Source: Chrysomallon squamiferum
Lineage: Eukaryota > Animalia > Mollusca
NCBI GenBank assembly: GCA_012295275.1
Contig: CM022670.1
Location: 34,286,001 to 34,350,000, forward strand
Direction of reading: 5' to 3'
Length of the DNA: 64,000 bases
The notes below the pieces were generated by a model. It saw only the letters and a list, made by a program, of their open reading frames with translations, was not told the origin of the DNA and made no database searches. A program made the position numbers and the translations under genes. The first letter of the stretch is position 1, and every line of letters begins with the position of its first letter. Below are positions 43,518-58,269 of this stretch, one piece after another.

Positions 43518-45379
43518 CACCGCCTGTTTACGCTGTATCAAACTTAACAATACTAAAAGAAAATGTCCCTGTGTACATGATGCGTGTATTCTTTCAAGTT
43601 ATTCCACCCCTGCCGTTCTTCTGTTCTGTTGACCTTATCTGCTAATTTGTTTTCTCAGTAGTAACAGCGATACTACTCCAGTGGCACTCAATGCCCAATG
43701 AATGCTTCTATAAATATGCAGTTCCCTTTCGTGTGGAACAAACACATGTAATTTCCAACCTTTACGGTAATTTTAGTTTAAAACAATAGAAATACTACGC
43801 CAACGGTTGTTAAGAGTTTTAGTCTTTGAGTGCAATTTGATATTTTGATTACACAAAATAAATCTTCATCGCTTGAAGGAAATGTTCAGTGAAAGTTCTT
43901 TGTCTGACAACCCACACGACATTTTTATGGATACTGTTACAAAAATTAACATACAGGAGTAGGTGTGTCAACGATATTACATCACATCCTGCTACCGTAC
44001 TCTCTCTTACAAAACGAGTATTCACTCCAGAAGACAGCATTCACTGTTAATAAGTATGTCCATGACATACTTATACATTAAAGTCAATATTTTACAACTT
44101 ACGGAAATTCGTGGTTTATTAACAACAACATGTTGACAGTAATTTATCTATGAAATACGTCAGTTTGCTAACCTTCAGCTTGCATTTGTGTTTCATCTTA
44201 ATTAATTACACATTTTATCTCACACTAAATGTTTTAAGACTTCAGATTTGTTTCGTTGTTCAGTAATGCATGCATTTTCACATAAACCCTAAGATGCTTA
44301 TTTATTTCTAAGGAATTCGCGAATATCTTCTGGTTTGCTTGCGTTCAGATCATTAAGCATTTATTGAAAGAAGCAAAAAAAAAAAAAAAAAAAAAAAATC
44401 ATTCTTATTCCCAAGGACAACAGCTTTCCAAGATTTCATTAATCAAGACTTCAGTTGGCTTTAAATTAATATTAGTTCATTAGCGACGTCCACTGCATTA
44501 ATTAAAGGCTTTCAACAGGTAAAGAAAACACACAAAAACAGCAAAAAGAAACACACTAATCAGTTAGCTTTATAATTTTAAATAATCAGGAACGCGTGGA
44601 CATGTGGGACAAACGTACTTTTAAAGACGTGTTGAGTATCAGTGATGAAAAATCAGTGTACTAGTTCTGTTGAGAATTGTTTTTTTTTTTTTTTTTTTTT
44701 CTTTTTCATTTTTAGTTTTTTATTAGAAACGGAACATCGATGTGTATAAAAAATGTCTAGATGGAGAAGTGACGTATGTGTGTGTGCATGTATGTATTCC
44801 TAGATGCAAAAGCCCGCGTACATCGATCGTTCTCTGAGACAAAGCCTATAGATGCAGTATTGTAAAAACAAATATTAAATTCGTTACAGTTTACTAAGCA
44901 TGAAAACATTTTTTTTCTTCTTTTTTTTTTTAAATATCTGATGATGTGTGATAAAGACTTTAATTTGTAAATGATTAATTCTATACTGGAACAAAACTAA
45001 CAAATTACATGGATGAAAAGGTCAGTTATTATTTTTTTACAGTCTACAACTGCCATCGACGAGTAATAACCACGACCAGTACCTGGCAGACGTAACACTA
45101 ATTAAAACTCAACATTAGAACAATCCACAGTCTGTAACAGGAATAATAATTATATTCATTATTTGATTAAGTCTCGTTTCGTTATGAAAAATGTCTACCA
45201 TTAGACTAACGAGTGAATTTAACGAGACACAAACAGAATTTACGATGTAGATATATGGGTTTTTTTAATTGAAATACAGAATATAGTTATATGGCTAATA
45301 TAATGGACAGATCCTTTTTTATTTCTAGTTTTTTTTAATGTTAATTTCGTTTTTAATTTTTTTTTTAAATTTTTTTAAT

Positions 45380-45416
<37 letters not shown>

Positions 45417-46449
45417 TTTATTATTTATTTTTATATAATTTTTTATTATTATTTTTTTTTTTTTTTTTTTTTTATTTTTTAATTTTATTTTTTTTTTTTT
45501 TATCTTCTGAAATATCTTACTTCACTTTATTTTATAAAACACAAACGGTTACGGTTTAGTATCTCTGGTTTTTTTTTTGGGGTTTTTTGAAAGACTCCCC
45601 CACACATTTGCCCTTCAGCATGTACTGGTTTGTCTAAAATTATTAACGTGATGACAAGCAAATCTAATCGAGCTGTAACGTAACAGAAAGAAAAGTGTCT
45701 TCTCGGAAACAAGTCGTATTTTTAGCATGAAAATACATCGACACATTTTCCGACATCAGATTTACAAGACGGACGTAGTTATCAGTTTATTAATATTACT
45801 CAGTGCTGAGCTATGACGTTATTCGGTCGATGTTATAAGATTAAGACAACTGAAATTCAATAATCAATCATGTTTTTTTTTTACACTTTTTTCTTTCCTT
45901 TTTTTCTTAGTTCGGTTTTCTCCAGACAGATTGTCAATGAGTGAATTTTCATGCCAAAATTTATAAAATCTAATCTATCTACGTTTTATTTTTATTTTTT
46001 TTTTGTTTGTTTGCGTCACAAACAATTAAGGAAACACTTCTTCGTTACTTCATTACAACAAATGGTTTGAAGTGAAACTAAATTATGATGAATTTGAAAA
46101 TGTAATTTAGTTGAATGGATTACCCTGAGGAAAAGATTTGAAAATCGTGTTAGGTACTTGATATCTTTAACATCATTAAACCTTCGCGTTGCTTTTTAAA
46201 ATTTTTATTTTCTTCTTCTCTCAGTATTCTTGCTAGTTATGAAATCATGAATAAATAAATGAATTCACAATATTATAAACATCAGTTAGCACTTTACATT
46301 ATTTGATTATTAAGGAGTTATTGGGAAGTCAAATTAGGACTTGTTCTAAAAGGACGTATAAAAGAAAAGGCTGCTGCAGGCACTCCAAAATTTAGTGAAT
46401 TAGCATCACTCTATCTGTTTTATATACCTTCTCACATACAGGATATTCA

Positions 46450-46587
46450 GACGGATAGATATATAGATAGATAGATAGGTAGATAGACATACAGACAGAC
46501 AGTCAGATAGACAGATAGGCAGACAGACAGACAGTCGTATAGATAGACAGACAGACAGACAGACGGACAGGCAAACAGACAGACAGA

Positions 46588-46651
<64 letters not shown>

Positions 46652-46902
46652 TAGATAGACAGACGGACGGGCGGGCGGGCGGACGGACAGACAGATAGAC
46701 AGATAGGCAGACAGACAGACAGACAGTCGTATAGACAGACAGACAGACGGACAGACAGACAGACAGACAGATAGATAGATAGACAGACAGACAGACGGAC
46801 GGACAGACAGAGAGACAGACAGACAGACAGACAGATAGACAGACGGACGGACGGACGGGCGGGCGGACGGACGGACGGACATACAGACAGACAGACAGGC
46901 AG

Positions 46903-46949
<47 letters not shown>

Positions 46950-47029
46950 GGACGGACGGCAGACAGGACAGGCAGACAGGACAGACGGACGGCGGAGGCA
47001 CGGACAGACAGACAGACAGACAGACAGGC

Positions 47030-47068
<39 letters not shown>

Positions 47069-47073
47069 TAGAC

Positions 47074-47160
<87 letters not shown>

Positions 47161-47190
47161 TAGACAGACAGATAGATAGATAGAAAGACA
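46450..47190. repeat. Compound tetranucleotide satellite (GACA/GATA/GACG/GGCG) with ~190-bp higher-order duplication
   Basis: GATAGGCAGAC...ACAGTCGTATAGA recurs at ~46515-46540 and ~46700-46735. This tract generates the SVCL/SIYL ORFs. Confidence 0.95.
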
Positions 47191-50100
47191 GAAAAAGATA
47201 TATCGTTCGTTTCTTTTGACGTCTGTTCACAGTTCACACACATACAGCATTTATATTCTTCTTATTAAAACGAAGCGCTTAAAATGAGACAGATACAGAC
47301 AAGCAAAACAGCTTCAGCTCACTTTATGTCAGTACAAGGGCAGAACCACGAGTTCTGAAAAAATAAAAAGGATTGACATCAGAGTTTAAAACAGAAATTT
47401 GTCAAAAGCAGATAATGCATGATAAATCACATAGCATCGAATTCTCATTCTAACTATGTGGAATAAAATTTTTAAAAATGTGCTAGGGGTGAAAAAAATG
47501 CCCACATAAATTTGAAGAAAAAGTCTAAATAATTAAATTTGTAGCTGTTCGGGCATTATGTGAAGTGAAATACTGACGTTATTACCCGGCTGAATAACAG
47601 CACTTGTGTTTTGCTGTCGTCGAGATTATCACCAGTTTTTCTAAGTCATTCATGGTTCTTATAATGGATGCGGTAATAACTATTTTTGAACTTCTCGGCG
47701 TCGAAGATTTTTTAAAATTATTATTCATTTGTTGATAGACATCGTCTCTATGACTGTATGGAAGGATATGCAGATTTCTGAATGTGTCTGTTGGTATGCG
47801 TGAATGTCTGTGTTATGTTTGTGTGTATTTATGTTGCATTTGTGCATGCTTTGGTCCTTGTAGGTTTCCATGCCATGTCAGTGCTGCATTTCTATATGGA
47901 TATGTATATTTTTTAATGAATATAGTGCGTTTTCGTGTGCTGGTGTGTTTGTGTGTGTGTATGTATATATACGTACACAAGACTGTTTGTGTGTGGGAGG
48001 GTTATTGAGTGTTGATGTTGCCAAATGAGTACGATTCATAATTTAACAGCAGAACCATCATAAAATACTACAAATACGTTTTAACATATTTTTTGTTTCA
48101 AGATTAAAATAATGTCTAGAGAAAAATAGAGAACCGCCCGTCGAAAGGGAAACAACTCATAATTAACACTGTCTTGTTCGCGCTTCAGAATAAACGTAAA
48201 ACGAGTGAAATCTGGGAAAGTGGCGAGACTGAACATTCAGTAACGGTTAAATACTACTACTCGTAGATGGATAAGATAATTGGTCGTTTGATATTATTAT
48301 TATTTTTAGTTTTAGTAGGAGTAATACTAGTTTCAGTATTGGTGTTACTGGCAATGAGGTTGTAGTAACAGTTGTAGTAGAAGATGGTTGTTCTTTTTTT
48401 ATGGGAGAATATTGTTAATATTTATTTCTTGCTACACATTATTTATTTATTTATTTAAGAAAGTAGTAATAATAGTAACTGCAGTATATTGTACTACATC
48501 ATCATCTTTATCATTATTATTATTACTATTATGACCTATTATTACTACAAATTATTGCTACCGTCACACTACTACTGTTACTACTACTACTACTTCTGCT
48601 GCTTCTGCTACTACCACTACTACCATTACTGTTTCTGCTACTAATACTATTAAAAACAGAATAAATAATATTACATTTGCGTGTATGTGAACTGACTGAC
48701 AGTGTTGATGTAAAACAGTTTAAAAACGTCTGATTTCCAGTTAACGTTTCAGTGAGTTTTCACCAACTCACGTAACGTATTTGTATCCTGTTTAAGTTTC
48801 CTGTTCTGACAACATGTTGTATTTCACTGTAAACAGTAATGTTAAGTACTTCCCGGACGCAACCACTTTTAACACTTTTAAGGTACAGGTGAGATGTAAA
48901 ATATAATATCCTGATAGGTTAGATAAATATTATGAAAAAAAAAATAAACAAATAAATAAATTAAAATTTGTTTTCTTAAAAATTGAAGATTGAAAATTCA
49001 AAAATTTAAAATTAAAATATTGACGAGATTTCTTTTACTTCATTTATTATTACTACTACTACTACTAATTCTAATACTAATACTAATACTGCTAATACTA
49101 ATACCAATACTAATACTACTAATACTACTATTATTATTTTTTTATTTTTTTTTTTTTTTTTTTTATTGTTTTTATCATGCTTATTATTCTACAACCTTAC
49201 ATTGTTATTACAAAGAATTTGATCACAAACTGAATTACAAAATTTTAAAACATGGAATATTGTTTTATTTTTATTTATTATTTTAACCCCTCTTCATTAC
49301 GGAATCATTTCAGAATAAGAGTTATTTCCCTTCACTCGTCTCAATAAATGGTATTCCAGAAAAAAGCGATTTCAAAATTATTCCTGTGAGATAAACGAGT
49401 TTCATTAAAACTGAAATTCAAAGAAAGTATATAAGTAGACAAACATCCTCAAACCGATAAAAAGATAATGCTTTTTACCATCTATAACTTCTTACTGAAG
49501 CGAGTCCTTAAAAAATAAAATAAAATAAATAAAATAAAATAAAATAAATAAATAAATAATACGGAAATGGAAATAAAAAAAAAAAAATTAAACGTTCATT
49601 ATAACGCAACACGCTAAATGACAACACGTTGCCATTTTATAACAGTTTTTTATGAACCAGTTTCAATTTATTTCTCATTACGCCACAGAAGGAAAAAATA
49701 AACCGGATTTAAATCATTTAATAAGGCTGCGTCATATCATTTTAAAGTAGGTAGCAGAATTGGGATGAAAGTCTGATAAACGTACGAAGAACTAAATACT
49801 GGAATAAATGCCGATAAAATATTAAAATTAATTTAATGGTACTAGAAATTCTGAATAAAGTAATTCAAGCACAAAAATCGTACAAACGCTGATGTGTATG
49901 AATTTTGCTTATTTGCAATTTTTGCAGTGAATCGTGATGCTAAATAACTGCAGTGGTAGTGAACAAAACGTTATTATACTCAGGACTCACCCCCGTACAT
50001 GTAGGCGCAATATCAGTTATACGTTGTTGTTGTTCTCTTTTCATGCCCAATTATAACGTTACTGTATGAATAAATAGAATGTGTAGGTGGTTTCCTCAAC

Positions 50101-50212
50101 TTACCTGTTTTGCAACATCCATTTCATCCTTCTCAAATACACGTAGCTGTCATTATCATGATTTCACAGCCTACTTAGTTACTTGTTTCAGTACACATGC
50201 ACGGGTTTTGTT

Positions 50213-50243
<31 letters not shown>

Positions 50244-52110
50244 CATTTCTGTCTTCGTCCATTTATGTTATATACCTCTCTGCTTTTATTTTGTCGTAAC
50301 TATTTTGTCCAAACAATTTGTAATTACAAGTCATTCTGTGCACGGACACTGCCGTTGCGACAGAAAACGTGTGTTCGTGACGTCACTTCGTTGATAGAAA
50401 TAATTCATAAAGATTTTAGATTTCAAGACAGTGTAATATTTCACAAAATCACATTTATTTGTATAGAAATGTGAAAATGAGTGTTTTATTTAGTTAGTTA
50501 ATCATATTCATATTCACTGGCCTTCTAATCTATACAGAGTAACTTGAATACCATCATTATTCATTTCTACACTTGTTAAATAATTTTCTCACAGTAATTT
50601 AGCGAACTTTATAAATCTGTTCACGGGAATATATATTGTTTAACCTTTTAATAAAAAAATAATAATAATAAAAAATAAAATAAAATAAAAAATACTACGT
50701 TTACGCACATTAATATACACTCATACACACACATACATACATACACACATACAGACAAACATACATAAGCCATACATGCATACAACATTAAATACATACA
50801 TACACACACACAGACACACACACACACATATATACACACAGACACACACACACATACACACACGCTGTAAAACACATCGCCCATATATTTTTACACTTTG
50901 GTGTGAACCGCGGGGTTAAAAGTCTTGGATCGCGATAGGACGGCGTGACTGCGTGAAGCGTCACGCACCATTAGTGTCTTGTTTTGGTCTAATGACATCG
51001 TCCGCAACCACCTGTACCACGTGGCGTTAACCCCCTGCAGATCGGGATGGAAAAAAGATCTGTTCGCGTCTGTTTGATTCGCGTTTAAGACTTTCCAGTA
51101 AGAAAACGCTTAAAAACTGAAACCGCGGTTTTCAATTTCGCTTCGTTATGCTGTTTTTATTGCAACCACTGCCATTGATCCGTATTAGAAAAATATATAG
51201 TGTTTCCACAACATAAAAACAGAAGCCTCAAGTTGTTTGTATGTTCAGGAATATAATATTGAAGAGGGCTGTTCTCACGAAGGCAGTAACCCATACGATT
51301 GGCATTATCAACAGTTTAGTGGTTATAAAAATGCTGACTCTTAATATTTTTGGAATTAATCACTTTAATTTCCATTCGCAACAGTTGCAAATCCTGAAAT
51401 TCAAACACTGTATATTTTTAAATTTTAATTTATCTGTCTGTCTGTCATTCTGCCTGACCGTTATTCTCTGTATGTCTGTGTGTCTGTCTTCCTGTTTTAG
51501 TTTAATCTGAATCAGCTTTAAGAATAATGTATCTTTGCTTTTTGGAATTGAAGGCAATTATTTCTGAACTTCATTTATGCATAGTTTTATCATTATTCCA
51601 GTACAATTTAATACAACTGTATATTCTTCTAAATTTATAATATTGTATTATAATAATTTATTAACAACATGATAACAATAGACAGATATATAAATGGATA
51701 TACAGACAGACAGGCAGAGAGATAGATAGACAGATAGACATACAGACAGACAGACAAATGACTGATTAAAAAAATTAAGTACAGAAACATTGTTAACAAA
51801 TTATTTTAATACTCAGTTTAGTATGTGGTATGTTAAAAGCTTATTAGTTGTTTAATTCTTGCTGTGTCACCGTGTGTACGTGCTTTTCTCATGTTATTAG
51901 ATTGCGTGTTCTACACATCTGACTTGACAAAAATACACCTGAGTCATATTATTTTCTTCTTTTTTTTCTCTCTGTTTTTCTTTTTCAAACATTAGTTCAG
52001 GGTGTTCACAAATGACTACATTGTGATGTCGGGTGTAGTTCGAATTGTTGACGGAAGACTTGCTATCTGCTGTGTAATGAGTGTATCTAATAGTCTAGTA
52101 GAAACACACA

Positions 52111-52167
<57 letters not shown>

Positions 52168-53188
52168 TCTCTCTCTCTCTCTCTATTCTGACTACGATCC
52201 TTTTGCGTGTCTCCGTTTCACTTTCTAATCATCTCTCTATTTTTCTCTCATTCCTTTTCCTTTAATATTTGTTTTTCTTTCCATCACCATTTTTTTTTTT
52301 TTTTTTTTAATTTTCTCTATTTCCCTCTCGCTCTTTGACACCCACTGATTCAAAACCTCGTCGTTTGTGATTCCATATAAACAAACAGAATTTTTTTTTT
52401 TTTTTTTATTTAAAACAAGGTGTATGCTGTCACGTCATCACGAGCCGTTTTAAAAGTCAGAATACTTTCGACTCCCTCGGCTAGTTCAAAGACGCTTTGA
52501 ACGGAAAGGCCCGCAGCTTCCAGAAATAACTTCGTGCGGAGACGCGATCACCATCAAACCGCGACACCCGTGCATTTGGTGCACGCGCGAGGATGGTTTT
52601 GATTAAAATGGCAAACAGTTATGCACACGCGACGTGCGTACGCCCCTGTTGTCTCCAAACATTCTCCATTTCGCTTCCTTGTTTTCTTTGCATTCTGTTC
52701 CTGCAATTCTGCAGCGAAATCCCAAATGCCGCGCATACAGTGTCAAGAAGGAATCCTAACAGAATGTCGCTTGCTTCCGTTTTTAATTTTTTTTTTTTTT
52801 TTTTTTTTTTCCTCGTTGTGACCTGGCTGGTATTTCAGTGTTCTCCTTGATGAACCAATCTAACTGCTGGGTAAATGTGGTCGTGTTGTCATGGGTCTGT
52901 TAACACGGCTATTAACTACAGGGCAGTTATGTCATGTTTGCATGTTCTGAGGTAATAAACTATACCATGACGTCATACCGTGTCAAGCGGCATTTGTGCG
53001 TTTTAGGTACAAAGTGTGCACAGCCTAGCCGACCACTGATAATGCAGTTTTCTTTGTATGCAGTTTAAACAGCGTATTTAAAGGTCGTCTATTGTGTGTG
53101 TGTGTGTGTGTGTATTAGTTTGCTGTAGGGAAATACCGTTGACTTACAGGTTTATTTTATTTTATTTTATTTTGTTGTATTTCTAGTA

Positions 53189-53645
53189 TACTTAATGACG
53201 AAAAACTAATTCTTCTACAAATATTTAATTATAGTTTTCAGATTAAATATTTACGCTTTCGTTGAGTTATAGATTTATTTTAATTTATTTCGTTTATTTT
53301 ATTTTATTTTCAGTTTACTTAATGACGAAAAACTAATTCTTGTACAAATATTTATTTATAGGTTTTTTTCAGATTAAATATTTACACTTTTGTTGAGTTA
53401 TAGATTTATTTTAATTTAAGTTATTTTATTTTATTTTATTTATAGTTTACTTAATGACGAAAAACTAATTCTTGTACAAATATTTATTTATAGTTTTTTT
53501 TCAGGTTAAATATTTACACTTTTGTTGAGTTATAGATTTATTTTAATTTATTTTATTTTATTATATTTAATAAACTATTTAATAACGGAAAATAAATTCA
53601 TCTAGATGTATAATTATAGTCTACAAATTAAATATTTACACTTTC
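53189..53645. repeat. ~130-bp AT-rich tandem repeat, 3 copies plus a degenerate fourth
   Basis: TACTTAATGACGAAAAACTAATTCTT.TACAAATATTTA starts at 53189, 53316 and 53448, with a degenerate copy at ~53576. Confidence 0.9.
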
Positions 53646-55592
53646 ATCTTTACATTAGCGTCTTCATTAAGACCTGTTATTTCATCAGTTGTATTTATGT
53701 TGCACTTGCTAATAACTGAAGTCAAACTTTCTACGTTAACCATGTGATAGACTTCAACCTTAACATCAGAGCTATCATCAAAGTTAATAAACATTTCATT
53801 AATCAAAGATAGTTTAAATATAATGTCTGTCGGATGTCAAACTTAAATCTATCGGTAATGAATGATATGATAAAGCTCTACAAAGCTTAATCATCGATTA
53901 ATGATAAATGATCGTTTAGAATGATCATATTTAAACTGTAATACCTTTTTTTTTTCTTTTTTTTTTCTTTCTTATTATTATTATTATTTTTTTTTTTTTT
54001 TTATATATATATATACCGAAAAGGCATGGTCACGTTGATTTTCTTTTCTGTACTCAGACATTCTTTGTTTGTTTGAGATGTTTTTTATTGCAACGTAGTC
54101 ATACTGTTTGCAGTTTCTGACATATTCCAAGAATACCATCGGCTGTGAAATGTTATTTTTCTCAGATAGCCAAGACGCTTATTATTAAAACATGTTCTCG
54201 CTCGGACATTAAGATGTGCGGATTGATACACAGATGATCATGAACATATTTTTCATTCCTTGTAAGACGATAGTTCTGAATTTCGACAAACGATCAACAA
54301 AACCTGGTCTATGAAGAAATCTTTGTTACAGCCTACCTCATCAAATAAAAACAATAAAAACAGTTTTAAATGTTTTTCTTCAATATATAAAATTCTAAGA
54401 AATTTTGGCTTGTTGTAATGCTTTTTTGCCTATCGATTATTAACAAAGCTTCTAGTACCGGCCAGAAGATGTATTTTGTATCTCGGGAAAATCATGTGGT
54501 AGTGAATAATAAGCCATTATGCAAGTCATCATATGTTGTTACTATCAAAAACCATCATCTGAAATAGCTTGGACTGAGGGCTCTGCTTCTAACACGTGAA
54601 AATACAGATATACAATTACAGTGACAAAATTTACAATTACTGACAGATGTTAAATGATATGTTAAAAATGTCGCTGCAACAAACGTTTCTGTTTAAAGAT
54701 GCACGAACAGCCTTCTTGAAAATTTTTTTTTTCTCGTGCAAAAATGAAGACATTTCATGACATTTGACAAAGTTTGAAAAAAAGAGCACACACGTGCAGA
54801 AAACTGCAAGATTCATACACGATGCGTTTAATACGAAACAGAAAGATGCATTCTCGATATCGAAAGCAATTTCACTCGCAGCTTTGAGTTTATGAAAAAC
54901 ATGCACGAAACTGCATTAGCTTGAAGATATTTCTTTTGTTTTGCTGCTCTGAGCTGCGCGTGACACCGCGTGTTTTGCACGTGTGACATTTACATCACTT
55001 TAAAGTGTTTAAAACAAGATTCGGAACAAATCAAGGCGCACGGTTTCTTCACACTGTAAATAAACTATCACTGTATATGAACCATTTGTTTCGTGAACAT
55101 CACTTGAATTTTTCAAAGTCTACCCTTTCAAAGCGTGTCTTAAATCTGGATAATTAAATGTCATTGTAAAATTATTCAGATATTCACTTGATAGGAAGGT
55201 TTATGATGCAGTATTAGGATCGTTATTGCATTATATCAGGTTTTAACATTAATAATAAAATCACTGGGTTTGTTTCTCAATAAATCGTTAATAACTTTGT
55301 TAAAAAATAAAAAAAAAAATAAAAAAAAAAATTATATGTATGTATGTGTATGTTTTTGGACATAATAACATTAAAAAAATGATTACACTTTAGTCCAAAA
55401 TCTTCAAAATTCCCATCCAGTCAAAATCATTTAAAAAAAAAAAAACATGTCAGAAAGAAAATAAGTTTTTGATGAGTTAGTTTATTTGAAACAATGATCG
55501 CTGTAACACCATTTCTGTAACATTCATTTCTATATTTCAGAGTTTTAATATTTGTCTTAACTGTATTTTCATTTCAAAAACGTACTGCGTTG

Positions 55593-55830
55593 CATATTAG
55601 AAATATTATCATTCAAAATACTTAATACAGTTTTTTACTTAATTAATAAATAAATATTTTCAAGCATATTTGTTCCATATTAGAAATATTATTATTCAGA
55701 AATTTTAATATAGTTTTTTACATATAAAAAATAAATTATTTCAAACATACTTTATTCCATATTAGAAATAATACGTTTCAAAATATTTAATATAATTTTT
55801 CAACATATCAAAAATAAATGTTTTCTAGAA
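55593..55830. repeat. ~83-bp AT-rich tandem repeat, 3 diverged copies
   Basis: CATATTAGAAATA at 55593, 55676 and 55758 with similar downstream sequence. Confidence 0.8.
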
Positions 55831-56498
55831 ATGTTTAGGTGGGGAAATACGACAGTCTGATAAATATATTTATTTGAAATACTGAAACGTATTTACGTAC
55901 ATCTTGTTTTAGTAACTTACACATCAGTCTAACAAACCAATGTGCTATGTTACCACGCATTAACAGCAAAACGAACAGAACAGCAGAGCTGTGGTTATCA
56001 GAACTACAGACTTGTTTTCTATCTTTGCATCAGAACGCGAAAGAAATCAGAGATTCTGTAACGTCAAATAAATTGTCCGCAAGGGGACATTTTTATCTAC
56101 GATGTCACGTGATCCGGAAAGCACGCGGTGTGTTGATGTAACATTTGTGGAAAATTCCCAGTGGATAAATTCTGCGACAAGTCACCCCTAAAGGGAATTC
56201 TCATCCAGGGTTAAATTTTATACAAATAAGCGCTGGTTCATATCCCAGTTCTGTGTTAAATTGATGATGAAGATTAATCCAATAAAATAAATACACCTAA
56301 CCTTTTCGCCTAATAGCAGTATATTCTTATGCAGAGTTGTCGTTAAATATTACTTCATTTTTAAAATAATGTTTCAATGTTCCTAAGCTTCTAAAGTTCA
56401 ATATTTATGTTTTGTGGGGAGGGGAAAATCTATTTTAGTGGTCAAAAATAAATGTGAAAATAAACTTAAGAAAATAGCAATTAAAAATAAATAAATAA

Positions 56499-56540
<42 letters not shown>

Positions 56541-56596
56541 ATAATAATAATAAATATATAAATAAATAAATAAATAAATAAAATAAAATAAAATAA

Positions 56597-56627
<31 letters not shown>

Positions 56628-56901
56628 ACAAATTAAAAAATTAATGAAATATAATACATTATATTCTCCATTGTATTTGTATTTAAGACACTTGAGTTTG
56701 AGTCCAAACGAGCTGAACAAGTCTGTAATCTCTTCCACGTTTGTTTCCAAGCACAGCCAGATCATCTTACCAGTGGTGTTTTTTTCAAAACACTTTTTTG
56801 TTTCTTTGTATGTTTTTCTTAAAAAGAGAAGTAGAAATTCACATGTTTCACAGAGTTATGAGCATTTTGTCTAAATAAACATTATATAATGTTTCAACCT
56901 T

Positions 56902-56937
<36 letters not shown>

Positions 56938-57295
56938 GGATATTTTATACTGACGCTTTGTCGCATGTATCCCCACTTTGAAAAAAAAAAAAAAAAAAAG
57001 AAGAAGAAGAAGAAGAAGAAGAAAAAAAAAAGAAGAAGAAAAAAGTTTCAGTATCACTTGATGTCTGTCCAGTATGTCATGAAAACATTACATTGTGTTG
57101 ACGGATTACAACTGTAGCTTCTTTCTTCTTCTTCGTTTTTCTTATTTCCTTTATTTAAAACATTTCAGATATTTCAAATATGTAGAACATTTTGTTGACT
57201 TTCTTTGTTGCCGTGTGATACGTTGTTTTTTAGCTGTTGTTTTGTTTGGTGTTTTTCAGTTTTTTTAGTTTTGTTTGTTAGATGTTTGTGTTTGT

Positions 57296-57417
<122 letters not shown>

Positions 57418-58058
57418 CTGTCGTTGTTGTTTTTATTAGAAATAATATTTTACAATAAATAATTCTCAAATGAACTATGCTTTTCCTGCTTTATTTATTT
57501 ATTCATTTTATTTTATTTTATTTTATTTTATTTTATTTTATTATATTTTATTTTATTTTATTTTATTTTTTTATTTATTGTCATCGTTGTTGTTATTATT
57601 GTTTTGTTAATTTTTGTTGTTGTTGTTGTTTTTGTTTTTGTTTCTTTTATTGAGTTTCCGTTTACACTGATTAGATCTGGCTAACGTTTGAGAAAATAAA
57701 TTGAAAACATAAAACAGATAACATTAATAAATTTTATTTTAAATAGTTCGAATTTTAAATATCAAAGTCATAAAACATGAAATACAGTATTTGTTTTCCA
57801 GAAGCGCTTTTTAAAAAATGGATATTTTCTCTTGATCTGTTGACATTTATTTTAGTCATTTCTTCTGTGTAATACATATCTCTCAACAATGACAAATGTT
57901 ATTAACTTTACGCAGTTATTTCTAATCAAACACGATCGTTAAAAACAAGTGAAAACCTTAAGAAATTTGGAGATTATGAACTTCCATTGTAAATCTACTT
58001 TAAAGAAACTCTCACAAATATCCAGTATGCAAAGGAAATTACGAAATATAAGGATAAT

Positions 58059-58060
<2 letters not shown>

Positions 58061-58142
<82 letters not shown>
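58061..58142. repeat. (CT)n microsatellite
   Basis: Direct reading. Confidence 0.98.
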
Positions 58143-58145
<3 letters not shown>

Positions 58146-58269
58146 CATGTCTTCTTAATGAACCATTGTAATTATTTATATATTTACTGATATTATGAGT
58201 ACGTCATGCATCTTGTTTAACGGTGCTTTGCGAAAAGAAACTCAGTAAACGAGATTCTCTCATCAATAG

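Noticed and set aside
46406-47243. Longest ORFs in the track (274, 246 and 184 aa)
   Set aside because: They are translations of GACA/GATA tetranucleotide repeats, open in all three minus frames.
50904-51134. Structured island as RNase P/MRP or telomerase RNA
   Set aside because: The AAAGTCTT/AAGACT pairing is superficially P4-like, but there is no room for P3 and no clear CR-IV/CR-V. TTAACCCC is not a TTAGGG template (CTAACCCT). Kept only as an unassigned candidate.
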